From Vampirovibrionales bacterium (GTDB lineage Bacteria > Cyanobacteriota > Vampirovibrionia > Vampirovibrionales > JAJTHC01), in the NCBI GenBank assembly GCA_035285025.1, contig JAYKHY010000029.1, positions 10,955-74,954 on the forward strand: 64,000 nt of DNA. Direction: 5' to 3'. The position numbers and the translations under genes are program-made. Below the pieces are notes generated by a model. That model made no database searches. It was not told the origin of the DNA and saw only the letters and a program-made list of their open reading frames with translations. Of the stretch, positions 28,883 to 39,305 are shown one piece after another. Each line of letters starts with the position of its first letter. Positions within the stretch are counted from its first letter, which is position 1.

Positions 28883-29892
28883 TGCAGCAAAACCCCGAAA
28901 AAAAACATACTGGTAGTGCTTACACGCCTAAACGACTCTTGATTACGGGCGGTGCAGGCTTTATAGGCAGCTGGCTTGTTAAACTTGCCCTCCAGCGCTG
29001 GCCAGAAGCGCACATTGTTACGCTGGATGCCCTAACCTACGCCGGTAATCTCGCAAATTTGGAGCCTGTGTTGAATCACCCCAGGCATCAGTTTGTTAAA
29101 GGCGATATTGCAGATGCTGCCTGCGTCAAGGCGTTATTTGAGCAATACGCCTTTGATGCCGTGATTAACAGCGCTGCAGAAACGCACGTAGACCGCAGCA
29201 TCCACGATGCCAGCCCGTTTTTAAAAAGCAATGTGCTGGGTACCGGCGTTTTGCTTGAGGCTGCGCGGCTTGCAAACGGTTTTGACCGATTTTTACAAGT
29301 CTCTACAGATGAGGTGTACGGTAGCATCGAAGCACCTGCACGCTTCACTGAGGCGTCTCCTTTAAACCCCAGTAGCCCTTACGCCGCAAGCAAGGCCAGC
29401 GCCGATTTGCTGGTGCAAAGTTACGCACATACCTATGGGCTAAACACGCTGATTACCCGCTGCACCAATAATTATGGGCCAAATCAATACCCCGAAAAAT
29501 TACTGCCGCTTATGATCCAAAACGCTTTGCAGCACCAAGCTTTACCAGTGTACGGCGATGGCATGAACATTCGCGACTGGCTGCACGTGCGTGACCACTG
29601 CAGAGCCCTGCTCACCGTGCTTGAAAGAGGCACCCCGGGGGAGGTGTATAACATTGGCGGCTGTAACGAGCAAACCAACCTGAGCGTTATAAAAGCGGTA
29701 CTCAAGCGCCTTAATCGTCCCGAATCACTGATTACGTTTGTGCCAGATAGGCTGGGTCATGATCGACGTTACGCAATAGACGCGGGTAAGCTGAGTGCGC
29801 AATTAGGCTGGCAGCCCGAAGAAGCCTTTGAAGCCGGCTTGGATGAATTGGTGCAAGCTGCTAACACGAATGCGGAAGCACTTGTGGGCTGA
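28879..29892 (+). CDS. rfbB: dTDP-glucose 4,6-dehydratase
   Basis: It carries LLITGGAGFIGS, the catalytic TDEVYG…YAASKA (YxxxK) region and NYGPNQYPEKLLP, a block conserved in RfbB. Confidence 0.85.
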   Translation: MMQQNPEKKHTGSAYTPKRLLITGGAGFIGSWLVKLALQRWPEAHIVTLDALTYAGNLANLEPVLNHPRHQFVKGDIADAACVKALFEQYAFDAVINSAAETHVDRSIHDASPFLKSNVLGTGVLLEAARLANGFDRFLQVSTDEVYGSIEAPARFTEASPLNPSSPYAASKASADLLVQSYAHTYGLNTLITRCTNNYGPNQYPEKLLPLMIQNALQHQALPVYGDGMNIRDWLHVRDHCRALLTVLERGTPGEVYNIGGCNEQTNLSVIKAVLKRLNRPESLITFVPDRLGHDRRYAIDAGKLSAQLGWQPEEAFEAGLDELVQAANTNAEALVG

Positions 29893-29920
29893 GGCATAAC
29901 GCAGTAATTTTTGCAAAATT

Positions 29921-30829
29921 TTAGTGTGGCTCGGGTAACGGCTCGGGGCGCGTTTCCCAGTGCAGTGGCCAATCTTCTGGCGCAAGCGGATAAGACTCCG
30001 CTTGAGTCGGGAACGTACCGTTTTGAACATCGTGCGCCCATTGGCGTGCTGCCGCTTGGGTTTGCGCGCCAAAATCGGCGTATTGGCGCACAAACCTGGG
30101 TTTAAGATTTGGGTAGCGCCCCAGCACGTCATCAATCACCAGCACTTGGCCGTCGCACGCGGCACCCGCGCCAATGCCAATGGTTGGTATTTTAAGCTGA
30201 CTGCTAATATAGCCCGCGACACGACTGGGCATGAGCTCTAGCACAATTGCAAACGCGCCAGCGGCCTCGAGCGCTTGGGCTTGCTGTAACAGCGTTAGCG
30301 CGTGCGCCGCACGCTTGCCCTGAATTTTATAGCCCCCCAGCGTGTTTATGCTTTGCGGCGTAAAGCCTAAATGGCCCATCACCGGGATACCCATTTGGCT
30401 TAGGCGTCGGATTGCGGCGCAAACCAGCGGCGTTGCGCCTTCTAGCTTTACGGCCTGCGCGTGGCCTTCCTGGATCATGCGGCCGGCGTTTTCAATCGCT
30501 TGCGAGACGCTGATGTGGTAGCTCATAAACGGTAAATCCGCCACAATCAAGCTTTTTTGGCTCCCGCGCGACACGGCTTTAACATGGTGTAGCATTTCGT
30601 CCATCGTCACGCTTAACGTGTCCGGGTGACCCAAAACGGTCATTGCCAACGAATCGCCCACCAGCAAAATATCCACTTCGCCATCCAGCCATTGCGCGGT
30701 CGAGGCGTCGTAGCAGGTGAGCATGGTAATGGCTTGCGCGTTAGGCAGCGCGTTAGTCTGGCGTTTTCGGGCCGTAATGGCTTGCGCGCTCTGGCGTTTA
30801 ATTGGGTCTGGGGCTGGAGAACTGCTCAT
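29921..30829 (-). CDS. panB: 3-methyl-2-oxobutanoate hydroxymethyltransferase
   Basis: The motifs ITMLTCYDASTAQ, LLVGDSLAMTVLGHPDT, GHLGFTPQS and GIGAGAACDGQVLV match PanB. I placed the start at the Met at 30829; the ORF could extend to 30856. Confidence 0.88.
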   Translation of the reverse strand: MSSSPAPDPIKRQSAQAITARKRQTNALPNAQAITMLTCYDASTAQWLDGEVDILLVGDSLAMTVLGHPDTLSVTMDEMLHHVKAVSRGSQKSLIVADLPFMSYHISVSQAIENAGRMIQEGHAQAVKLEGATPLVCAAIRRLSQMGIPVMGHLGFTPQSINTLGGYKIQGKRAAHALTLLQQAQALEAAGAFAIVLELMPSRVAGYISSQLKIPTIGIGAGAACDGQVLVIDDVLGRYPNLKPRFVRQYADFGAQTQAAARQWAHDVQNGTFPTQAESYPLAPEDWPLHWETRPEPLPEPH

Positions 30830-30909
30830 GCGATTATCATAGCATTTAAAAGCCATAGCGTGCGCGCGCAGATGCTGTGCGCACGGGCCATTATAACTTG
30901 AGACTCAGG

Positions 30910-31953
30910 TCAAGGCTGGGGTGTCGCGTTTAAAAAGCCGGCCAGACTTTTAGGCGCTTTCGGCAGTGCCTGGCCGAGCCAGGCTAGCGTAAATTTAAGC
31001 GCTTTTTGGGCCGCAACATCCGGGTCTGCCGCTGCTGGCCACGGCAGACTATAAATACGTTGGCAGGCAGTAAATAACGTGTCTTTTTCGGGCAAAGAAT
31101 CTTGCTGCGGGCTGTGACTTGCGTGGGCAGGGGCCTGGACAAGTTGATCTAAGTTAAATTGGGGTTGCGTGAGCGCCGGGTTTAAGCTTTGCGCAAACCA
31201 GAGCGTACTGCCCGAAACCTTGATCAGATTGGGCAGCGCTTGAGCACCAAAGCCTTGACCCCTGTATAACGCGTGGCAGCTGTGGCACAATACGCCGTGC
31301 GCGCTCCAGCTAAAATACCACCACGGCTGTGTCGTAAAGTCTGGGCGCTGGTGTGCCGAGGGCTCGATTTGCGCGCTGAGCGTCTCGTTTTCGCAGTAAA
31401 TGCAGTGCCTAAGCTGTAAGCCGTGCCCCGCCGCTTTAAGCATTTGCATTAGGGCCGAGGCCATTAGCGTGTTTAAAGGGCGCGCGAGCGCTTTTGGGCT
31501 ATCTTGAATTGGCGTACAGGCAAGCGCAAGCGCATCGAGTATCATCAGGCTGTTGGCCAGCGTGTAGTAAATGCGTGCCGTGGGATCTTTTTCAGATTCT
31601 GGGTGGCGATGCCAGCCCGAATGTTGCTCTGGGGGGGCGGGCAAAAGTTTTTCGGCAGTTTCTGCGAGTAATACGGCTGCATTCAGGATTAAAAAATGGG
31701 ACCTTAGGTTAAAAAACGGCTGCAGAGTCTCGTATTGCCGAAGGGCAGGATGACTCGGGTTAAGGGCCAGTTGTATTTTGAGTTCTGCCAGGCCGGCGCA
31801 CGCGCCTGCCAGTTTACTGTTGGCTTTTCGTACGCCTTTGGCCACAACATCTAGCCGACCATAGCTTGGTGTAAGGCAGCTTAAAAACCGATCGTTTTCG
31901 GACAACTTTCGGGTCTTGACCACGATGGCCTGCGTTATGAGTGTTTCGGGCAT
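30910..31953 (-). CDS. recO: DNA repair protein RecO-like (long form)
   Basis: The N-terminal OB-fold pattern is AIVVKTRKLSENDRFLSCLTPSYGRLDVVAKGVRK. A zinc-binding C-x2-C…C-x2-C motif (HCIYCENE…CHSCHALY) follows. There is a ~100-aa extra C-terminal extension. Confidence 0.55.
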   Translation of the reverse strand: MPETLITQAIVVKTRKLSENDRFLSCLTPSYGRLDVVAKGVRKANSKLAGACAGLAELKIQLALNPSHPALRQYETLQPFFNLRSHFLILNAAVLLAETAEKLLPAPPEQHSGWHRHPESEKDPTARIYYTLANSLMILDALALACTPIQDSPKALARPLNTLMASALMQMLKAAGHGLQLRHCIYCENETLSAQIEPSAHQRPDFTTQPWWYFSWSAHGVLCHSCHALYRGQGFGAQALPNLIKVSGSTLWFAQSLNPALTQPQFNLDQLVQAPAHASHSPQQDSLPEKDTLFTACQRIYSLPWPAAADPDVAAQKALKFTLAWLGQALPKAPKSLAGFLNATPQP

Positions 31954-32004
31954 ACCGCGTGTTGATTTTTGGGGGCCTTAGGGATGGTTAAAACAGCTAC
32001 CGCG

Positions 32005-32511
32005 TTACGTATTACCTGGCATCGTATCGGCAACATCAAGTTTAAGGGCTTTTAGCAGTAACGAGACCTCAAGCGTCTCGAACACCAGCGAGCCTGCCAT
32101 AAGTAGCAAGCCCAACAAAAACAGGCCTGCCGCCCAATGGTCGCCCAGTGGCAATGCGCCCAATACGCCAAGTGCAATTGCAAAAGCGCAGCCCGTCAGG
32201 CTCGCGACGGCGGCGTTTGTGCACAACAGGCCGTTGCGCAATAATCGGCCGCGTGTGAGCAAAAGGTGCTGCTGCTGCCGCAAGCTACCGGTGATTGGCA
32301 AGGGCGAAGCTGGTTTGGCCGGTGATGTTTCCTGATACGACAGCCGGGCTTCTTGATTGAGGCTGCGTAGCCGGTTGATTACAGAGCTTAGGCGGTTATG
32401 CATGCCCAGCGCCAGCAGGGCGCTTGCCGACATGGCAACCGCTGGAGAAAGCGCCTGCTGAATAATCAGGGTCGTGGGAAACGGTTCGGGCTGTGTTGGT
32501 AATGTAACCAT
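32005..32511 (-). CDS. Hypothetical small membrane protein (168 aa)
   Basis: The ORF has two C-terminal hydrophobic helices and no recognisable motif. Confidence 0.4.
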   Translation of the reverse strand: MVTLPTQPEPFPTTLIIQQALSPAVAMSASALLALGMHNRLSSVINRLRSLNQEARLSYQETSPAKPASPLPITGSLRQQQHLLLTRGRLLRNGLLCTNAAVASLTGCAFAIALGVLGALPLGDHWAAGLFLLGLLLMAGSLVFETLEVSLLLKALKLDVADTMPGNT

Positions 32512-32655
32512 AAGTGTGTTCAGATTTTTGAGGCTTGGCTAAAGGTTAATGTTTTACTTCAGGCCGTATTCATTGGTTCAAGCTTCGCCTGAGTTTAATC
32601 TTACTGGGCTGTGTGTTTCGCGGTGGTTCAAGTGTAATATAAGGCGTGAGCGCTT

Positions 32656-33243
32656 GTGAAAGTTTTTTTTGAATTCGGGAGAATAACGCGTTTTATGGGC
32701 TGGCAAAATCAGATTTGGCAAAGGGGCCTTGTTGCTGGCTTGATTGGCTTAAGCACTTGGGGCGCTTTAAGTGTTTTAGCGCCAGCGCCGTTTGCTGGTT
32801 ACGCTTATGCGGCCGAAGTCTTACCCGTATCGAGCGTTTACGCGCAATACTGGCAAGCCTTAGCGGCCGAGCTTAAAACCTGGCACGGCTGGCTGGCCAC
32901 TTGGCAAACGTGGCAAGCCGAGCCGGAGATCACCCCGCAAATGTACCAGATGACCATGGCGCGCGTGCATCAGCTGAGTTTATCGAGCCAGCGGCTCAAA
33001 AAAATCATGCCCCGGCTACCCGGTGCCCAAGCGTTGTCGTCTAGTCAAACGCTCAATCAGCTCGATGCGATTGTGCAGCGGATGCAACAAGAAACTATAA
33101 GCCAGCACGAGTCGCCCTATTCGCCACCGTTTACGCCGCCCGGCCACCCTAGCGAACAGTGGCGCGCGGATTTTGGCGTGCTGTGTACCACGCTCAAGCG
33201 ATTTGAGTTGTTTTATCAGCTTCTGGGGCTCTCGTCTGCGTAA
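32656..33243 (+). CDS. Hypothetical secreted protein, Trp-rich (195 aa)
   Basis: It has a signal-peptide-like N-terminus and a WxxW-rich helical segment. Confidence 0.4.
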   Translation: MKVFFEFGRITRFMGWQNQIWQRGLVAGLIGLSTWGALSVLAPAPFAGYAYAAEVLPVSSVYAQYWQALAAELKTWHGWLATWQTWQAEPEITPQMYQMTMARVHQLSLSSQRLKKIMPRLPGAQALSSSQTLNQLDAIVQRMQQETISQHESPYSPPFTPPGHPSEQWRADFGVLCTTLKRFELFYQLLGLSSA

Positions 33244-33736
33244 TAGGCGCTGTTGCTATCGTCATAATCGCTTTGATTTAGAGAGACAATGCCAGGGTAA
33301 GAACGGTACGCGTGTCACAGTAGGGCCTTTTGATTCAGGCGATCAAATCTCTTGATTAAATTTACAATGAGTGAACGATTACCGCAGGTCAGTGTTTTAA
33401 TTTGGTCGCCAAGGCAATACTGCTCAAATTCGTCATACCCGACTAGGTGGGTAATAATCCTAAACTTAGGGTGCCCTTCCCTTGCCTAGATTGCGGCTTT
33501 TGCCGGAATGACGTAGTTTGCTAACTTGTTATCTGAACCCTGCGTTGATCACGGACTCATTGAATTCGCTGCCAAAAAGGCTTATTCAAAAGTTGATTTG
33601 CTATAAACTAGACCTGACTCTGATTGCAAAATCTTGCAGCAAAAAAAACTTACGATTTGAAAATCTAAACAAGTATACTAATGCTTGTTCTAAAAAGTAG
33701 TACTTATCAAACGCATTTAATGGTGACTGCTGCCCT

Positions 33737-34954
33737 ATGGCGATTCACAAACCTCAAGCGCCCGCATTATCTCGAGACGATAACCGCGTAGTGATTTTTG
33801 ACACCACGTTACGCGATGGCGAACAATCGGCCGGGGCCGCGCTAAAAAAAGACGAAAAATTGCTGATTGCACATCAGTTGGCAAAGCTAGGCGTCGATGT
33901 CATCGAGGCGGGGTTCCCGTTTAGCAGCCCGGAAGATTTTGATGCCGTACAGCAGATTGCCGAGCAGGTGGGCTGCCTGGAAAACGCGCCAAGCATTTGC
34001 GGGCTGGCTCGTGCAACATTTAAAGATATTGAGGCGGTTGCTAATGCGGTTAAACCCGCTAAAAAACCTCGAATTCACACGTTTATCGCCACAAGCGATA
34101 TTCATATTCAGGCCAAGTTTAAAAAATCCCGAGAGGATATTCTTAAAATCGCGACCGAAATGGTGGCTTACGCCAAATCGTTGTGCGCCGATGTTGAGTT
34201 TTCGGCCGAAGATGCGGGCCGCACTGAGCCGTTTTTTTTGTATCGCGTGCTCGAGGCGGTAATTGACGCCGGCGCCACCACGGTCAATATTCCAGATACT
34301 GTTGGCTACACGATGCCCGATGAGTTTGGCCGGTTAATCAAGGGGATTGCGCAAAACGTGCCCAACATTGCGCAGGCGGTAATCTCGGTGCATTGCCACG
34401 ATGATTTGGGCCTGGCGACGGCCAACAGCTTGATGGGCGTGCTTAACGGGGCGCGGCAAATCGAATGCACTGTTAACGGCATTGGCGAGCGCGCGGGCAA
34501 CGCCGCCATGGAAGAAGTCGTGATGGCGATGAAAACCCGCCGAGCCTACTTTGAGGCCGAGTCGGCAGGGTATTATACCGGGATTGATTCGACACAGTTT
34601 TACGAGGCAAGCCAACTGGTTTCGCGTTTGACCGGGATTTCAATCCAGCCCAACAAGGCGATTGTGGGCCGAAACGCGTTTGCCCACGAATCGGGCATTC
34701 ATCAGGACGGGTTTTTAAAGGGCGCACAAACCTACGAGATTATGTCCCCGGAGTCCGTGGGCTTGCCTGGCTCGATTTTGCCGCTGGGTCCGCGTTCTGG
34801 ACGAGCCGCGCTTAAGGCGCGTTTAAAGGCCATTGGCATTGATGTTGAGGGCGAGCAGTTGGATACGCTGTTTGGTGCGTTTAAGCAACTTGCAGACCAA
34901 AAAAAGCACATCGAAGATGACGATTTACGACAGTTAATGCAAGCGGCATCTTAA
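33737..34954 (+). CDS. 2-isopropylmalate synthase / citramalate synthase family protein (short form without the LeuA regulatory domain)
   Basis: The family-defining motifs [30 protein letters not shown] and the full DRE-TIM barrel are present. The protein is only 405 aa, and a long AT-rich leader precedes it. Confidence 0.8.
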   Translation: MAIHKPQAPALSRDDNRVVIFDTTLRDGEQSAGAALKKDEKLLIAHQLAKLGVDVIEAGFPFSSPEDFDAVQQIAEQVGCLENAPSICGLARATFKDIEAVANAVKPAKKPRIHTFIATSDIHIQAKFKKSREDILKIATEMVAYAKSLCADVEFSAEDAGRTEPFFLYRVLEAVIDAGATTVNIPDTVGYTMPDEFGRLIKGIAQNVPNIAQAVISVHCHDDLGLATANSLMGVLNGARQIECTVNGIGERAGNAAMEEVVMAMKTRRAYFEAESAGYYTGIDSTQFYEASQLVSRLTGISIQPNKAIVGRNAFAHESGIHQDGFLKGAQTYEIMSPESVGLPGSILPLGPRSGRAALKARLKAIGIDVEGEQLDTLFGAFKQLADQKKHIEDDDLRQLMQAAS

Positions 34955-35567
34955 CCGTTCGCATTAAGCTTAATTTTGGCGATTAAAAGACGATTAAATA
35001 GTTAACTTGCCAGCTTGTTTAACGTGCCGGCTTTACGCTCAGCGCCCGACGCTTTTGCCTGAAAAAACGCTTTTGCCTGGAAAAGCTTTTTTTCATAAAC
35101 ACTCCCGAGACTCTTTTCGGTTTTCTGTAGATCAAGAAGTTGTTTCTGACGTTTTAATAGCTCATGCGTGTTTTTTTTGCTTTGAAGATTCAGCTGTTGT
35201 AGCCGTTCGGCTTTATGCTACGGTAACCCTAGCTTATCTTTGTTTTGTGCAAAAAGCCCGAAATACTCATTGGTGTAAGTTTTACCCTGCTTTACATTAG
35301 CTTAATATAACGGCTCTGTTTGACACTTTTTTTTTTGAACTTCGTTGATCGAGATAAGACGTCTTGTCTTTATGCTTGATTTTTAATGAACGGGTTGCGC
35401 CAAACATTCGCTCGGTTTGCGCTTTCATCACGCTTAAATTTACTAATGAATCCATCAATTTTATTAGTTCAAAACATCAATGCGTTATCTGCTTAACTGG
35501 GATGTTAAGTGCTTTAAAGCGCTTTAGGCACTGTTACAGCTTTCTTTAGTTTTGGTTCTTATTCCTT

Positions 35568-37967
35568 ATGTCGTTAACGATTCACGCGCTGCCATTAGCC
35601 AGTCGCCCGCAAGCAAAAAAAACCGAAAAGTTGCATTTTGGTCAGGTTACCGAGGCTGCTGCGAACGTTCAAGCTTCTGCGGCTGGGCTCAACGCGGCAC
35701 CTGGGATTCCGCAAACGCCCATGACAGGGATTTGGGTTTCTGCGCAAGGTTACCACCCCGAATGGGAGAGCAAGCACGGCGTTAAAAAAATTGGTGGCTT
35801 AGCCGAGGTCAGTTATTCAATTCCGCAGCAGGTGCGCGCTGCGGGCGTCGATTTGCGGCCGCTGTTCCCGCTGTTTAAAGGCTTCGAAAAAATCGGCTTT
35901 GAGCCCACCGGCTTGCCGAGCGTAACGGTTAAAGGCCCAGATGGCAAAGACGAAGTCTACAATCTGCTCTGGAAAAACCAGAACGGCGTGATTCATTACG
36001 CCGTGAGCAGTGATAGCTTGAACGTGCTAGAAAACATCGACAAAGCCAAACCAATCGAGGTTACGCCCGAGCAGCTGCCAGAATCGGAGCGTAAAGCCCG
36101 TGGCTTAAATGGTCACGGCACAGCTCCTGGCACTTCGGGTAACACGCCTGTAGTTTATAGCTCGGGTAATACGCCTGTCGTTAGTGCCAGCTCGGGCAAT
36201 ACGCAGGCTGTTTTTGCAAAACAAGAAAAAATCATGGTTAACCCAGAGGTCATTAAGCTAAACCAGGCCATCGCCGAATTTTTGCCGATGCTGGATGTGG
36301 CTGGCAAGGCGCAGTCGTCCCAGCCCTGGCAAATTAAGGGCGGCAACAAAATGGTGATTGCCAATGACTGGATGAACGCCGAACTGTTGCCTGCGCTTGC
36401 GATTAAACACCCCGATTACAAAAATCAGGTGCGGAGCATTTTTTACACGCACAACACGTACGATTCTACGCAAACCAAATTGCAGCTTAAGCTGGCCGAA
36501 AAGCTCGGGATTGCAATACCAGAAGATTTAAAAAACGAGCATACGTATCTGCACGCGCCCGAACCGCCGGCCAACCCAGTGCTGGCGTGGTTCCAGGATA
36601 CCTTGGGCCTGCGCCCCGCGCCCCAGAAAAAAACCAACGATCTGGCCGAGTGGGTCAGTGCGCTGCGCATGGGTGTGCGGTACGCCGATGACGTTGTGAT
36701 TAACCAACGCTTTAAAGAGAGTATTTTAAGCGGCCGTTTTGGCGTAGATGATGAATTTAAGCGGTTTTTGGCGCAAAAAGAATCCGACGGCAACGTGTTT
36801 GATATGCAGCATGCCCTGAGCAAACTCGAAACGCCCGTTGCTAACAAGCATCTTGGCACCGAGGGTTATACGCCTCTGGAGGCCAGTACGCATAAAGCGT
36901 TGCTGGCAGAGCCGGCTCAAAAATTTGCGTCTAAGGCATCGACTTGCTCAAAGCCGGAGTCTGCAAGTGTGCATGCAACACGGCCTCAGCCCGTCTCGAT
37001 TTGGCAGCAAGCGCTGCACTGGGCGCAGACGCTACTGGCGAAGCTGGGGATGGGTAAAACGCCTGATCCTCTATTCACGACGGTTTCGCTACCGAAAGTT
37101 CAAAAAACGCGGCTGGCCGTAAACAGCCCAACGCTTTCGCCAGCCATGCAAAACTTAAAACAATTTAAGCAAACGAATAAGCTTGCGTTGCAGAAGCAAT
37201 TTGGCCTGCCGCAAAACCCGAACGCTGTATTGTACTCCACCACGCTGCGCTTTAGCGATATGCGTCAAAAAGGCTCGCTGCTGCTGATGCAAACGCTCGA
37301 AAAATTTATGACCGAGCACGAGGATGCGCAATTTATTCTGAACATTAAAGCGGGTGATAAAGCCAACACGCCGATACTAGAAGGCTTTATTCAAGCCTTG
37401 GAAAACAACCCGGTCATTCGAGACCGGGTCAAGTGCATTGGCTGGATTAGAGAGACTGAGCGCGCCCGGATTTTGGCCGGTGCCGATTGCATGATGACGC
37501 CCAGCGGCTACGAGCCCTACGGGTTAACGCAACTGGAGCCCATGGCCTACGGTGCCGTACCCATTGTAAGCAATCGTGACGGGTTATTCGCCAGCGTATA
37601 CGATCCTAGCGTGCTGCCAGCGTACAATCACCACCCCGGTGAGGCTAAAAAATCGGCCTACGGGCAAACCGGTTACATGGTCGATTCGGATATGCTGGCT
37701 TACATGCAGGCGCTTGATGGCGCGGGTCCCAGCGGACCTGACCCGCAAAATCCAGCGATACGCAACGCCAGCAAGGCGTTTTTAAAAACCCTAGAGCGTA
37801 CGTATCGCGATGCGCAATCGGGCGAGGCGCTCAAGGTAGCGAGCAATGCCCTGCGCTATGTGGCCGCAGAGCATAAACCGGATGCCATAACCGAAAAATA
37901 TTACGTGCCGTTGTTCAAGCACGTTCAAACCGCGCTCGAAGCACCCAAACTCGCGCAATCGGCTTAG
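35568..37967 (+). CDS. Glycogen/starch-synthase-like glycosyltransferase (GT5 family) with large insertions (799 aa)
   Basis: The N-terminal motif KKIGGLAEV corresponds to KTGGLADV of GlgA. The C-terminal motif SGYEPYGLTQLEPMAYGAVPIVSNRDGL corresponds to [22 protein letters not shown]. About 300 aa of extra sequence separates the two halves. Confidence 0.7.
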   Translation: MSLTIHALPLASRPQAKKTEKLHFGQVTEAAANVQASAAGLNAAPGIPQTPMTGIWVSAQGYHPEWESKHGVKKIGGLAEVSYSIPQQVRAAGVDLRPLFPLFKGFEKIGFEPTGLPSVTVKGPDGKDEVYNLLWKNQNGVIHYAVSSDSLNVLENIDKAKPIEVTPEQLPESERKARGLNGHGTAPGTSGNTPVVYSSGNTPVVSASSGNTQAVFAKQEKIMVNPEVIKLNQAIAEFLPMLDVAGKAQSSQPWQIKGGNKMVIANDWMNAELLPALAIKHPDYKNQVRSIFYTHNTYDSTQTKLQLKLAEKLGIAIPEDLKNEHTYLHAPEPPANPVLAWFQDTLGLRPAPQKKTNDLAEWVSALRMGVRYADDVVINQRFKESILSGRFGVDDEFKRFLAQKESDGNVFDMQHALSKLETPVANKHLGTEGYTPLEASTHKALLAEPAQKFASKASTCSKPESASVHATRPQPVSIWQQALHWAQTLLAKLGMGKTPDPLFTTVSLPKVQKTRLAVNSPTLSPAMQNLKQFKQTNKLALQKQFGLPQNPNAVLYSTTLRFSDMRQKGSLLLMQTLEKFMTEHEDAQFILNIKAGDKANTPILEGFIQALENNPVIRDRVKCIGWIRETERARILAGADCMMTPSGYEPYGLTQLEPMAYGAVPIVSNRDGLFASVYDPSVLPAYNHHPGEAKKSAYGQTGYMVDSDMLAYMQALDGAGPSGPDPQNPAIRNASKAFLKTLERTYRDAQSGEALKVASNALRYVAAEHKPDAITEKYYVPLFKHVQTALEAPKLAQSA

Positions 37968-38067
37968 CCGAAGACTTAAAACCGCACAATCTGACATTGA
38001 GGCGTTTTGATGCGCGTGATACCAACTTTTACCCCATTATTAAGCCTTTTAAACCTGAGAGACTGCC

Positions 38068-39303
38068 ATGCAAACGGGCCTGACACCCGTCCCTTATGTT
38101 CCTTATTCGGCTAATTCCATAGCCAGCCCCTGGGCTGCGCTGCCGAACATTAACGCGGCTCCCGTGCCTCCTTCAGGCACACAGGCACCGTGGCAAGCAC
38201 AAAATACCCCGGCAGAACCCCAAAAAACCGAAACGTTTAAATCGGATTCAATCAACACTGGAATTTCGCTTACAGACCCGATTACGCAAACCGAGCGCGG
38301 GATTAAAACCAAAATTTCGGAGTACGTGGTTCATCTTAACCCGCTGCAAAAGCTGGCTTTAAGCGCAAAAAACACGTTTATCGAGACGCCGAAATCCGTG
38401 GTAAAAGGCCTAAGCGGTAGCCCGGAGTTTGATTTTGGCGATAAAATGCGTGTTGCGCAGATTCCGTATTATCTGGGTGGCTTGGCGCTGGTGGGATCTT
38501 ATCTGGCACCGGGCGGTAAAAATGCGCTAAAAAACGCGTTAAAGCCAGCACTGGCCTGTGTTGGTTATATTGTAGGATTCCCGCTGGCCAACGCAACCGT
38601 AAACACGCTGTACAAGTTGCGCTATGGCGTAGATTTGGATATGCGTTATCACACCAGTAAAAATACGATTGCGGGCGTCTACGATAGCGCCGTGTTTGTG
38701 CGCGAAGATTTGCTTCCGCCTGATGACTTTGCCCGGATGCGCCGTAAAATGGGGATTCCCGAGGGGTTAGCCGCGCCTGACTGGGAGGTTAAACGCCAGC
38801 TCGATGGATTGATTCCTGCCGCAAAAGTAAGCAAATTATTACTCGGTAACGTCCTGGCCGCTGTGGGTGCGGGATATCTTGCGCAATTGCCGCACTGGCA
38901 GCAAATGCCCGCCATAATTCAGGGCGTTAAACTGGCGTTGGCAACGCCCGGGCTGAGCCCTTCGCAAAAGCTTCGTGATGTAGTTACGGTGTTAAAGCGG
39001 GCTGCTGTCCCCGTAGTCAGCCAGCTTAAGGCACCCAGGTGGCCTGGCGTGTTGGCCGCAGGGAGCGTGGCAGGTGCATTAGGGTATACTTTGCTGGGTA
39101 TGCACCGGGCCACCACGCGCAAGCAATATCAGACGCCTGGCAATGTTGCCAGCACGTTTAAGCCCTTAATGCCTAACACGCCTGCAGCAAGTCCGTTTGG
39201 CCTGCTGCCTGGTGTTACGAGCAACCTGCCTGCCATAAGTGCTTCCTTATGGCGCTCGCAGTCTGCGCCTCCAGAAGCGTTAATGACGCAAGGAGGCTAC
39301 TAG
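38068..39303 (+). CDS. Hypothetical membrane protein (411 aa) encoded between the GT5-like and GH13 genes
   Basis: It has several hydrophobic helices. Its stop lies 2 bp before the start of the next gene. Confidence 0.45.
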   Translation: MQTGLTPVPYVPYSANSIASPWAALPNINAAPVPPSGTQAPWQAQNTPAEPQKTETFKSDSINTGISLTDPITQTERGIKTKISEYVVHLNPLQKLALSAKNTFIETPKSVVKGLSGSPEFDFGDKMRVAQIPYYLGGLALVGSYLAPGGKNALKNALKPALACVGYIVGFPLANATVNTLYKLRYGVDLDMRYHTSKNTIAGVYDSAVFVREDLLPPDDFARMRRKMGIPEGLAAPDWEVKRQLDGLIPAAKVSKLLLGNVLAAVGAGYLAQLPHWQQMPAIIQGVKLALATPGLSPSQKLRDVVTVLKRAAVPVVSQLKAPRWPGVLAAGSVAGALGYTLLGMHRATTRKQYQTPGNVASTFKPLMPNTPAASPFGLLPGVTSNLPAISASLWRSQSAPPEALMTQGGY

Positions 39304-39305
39304 GC

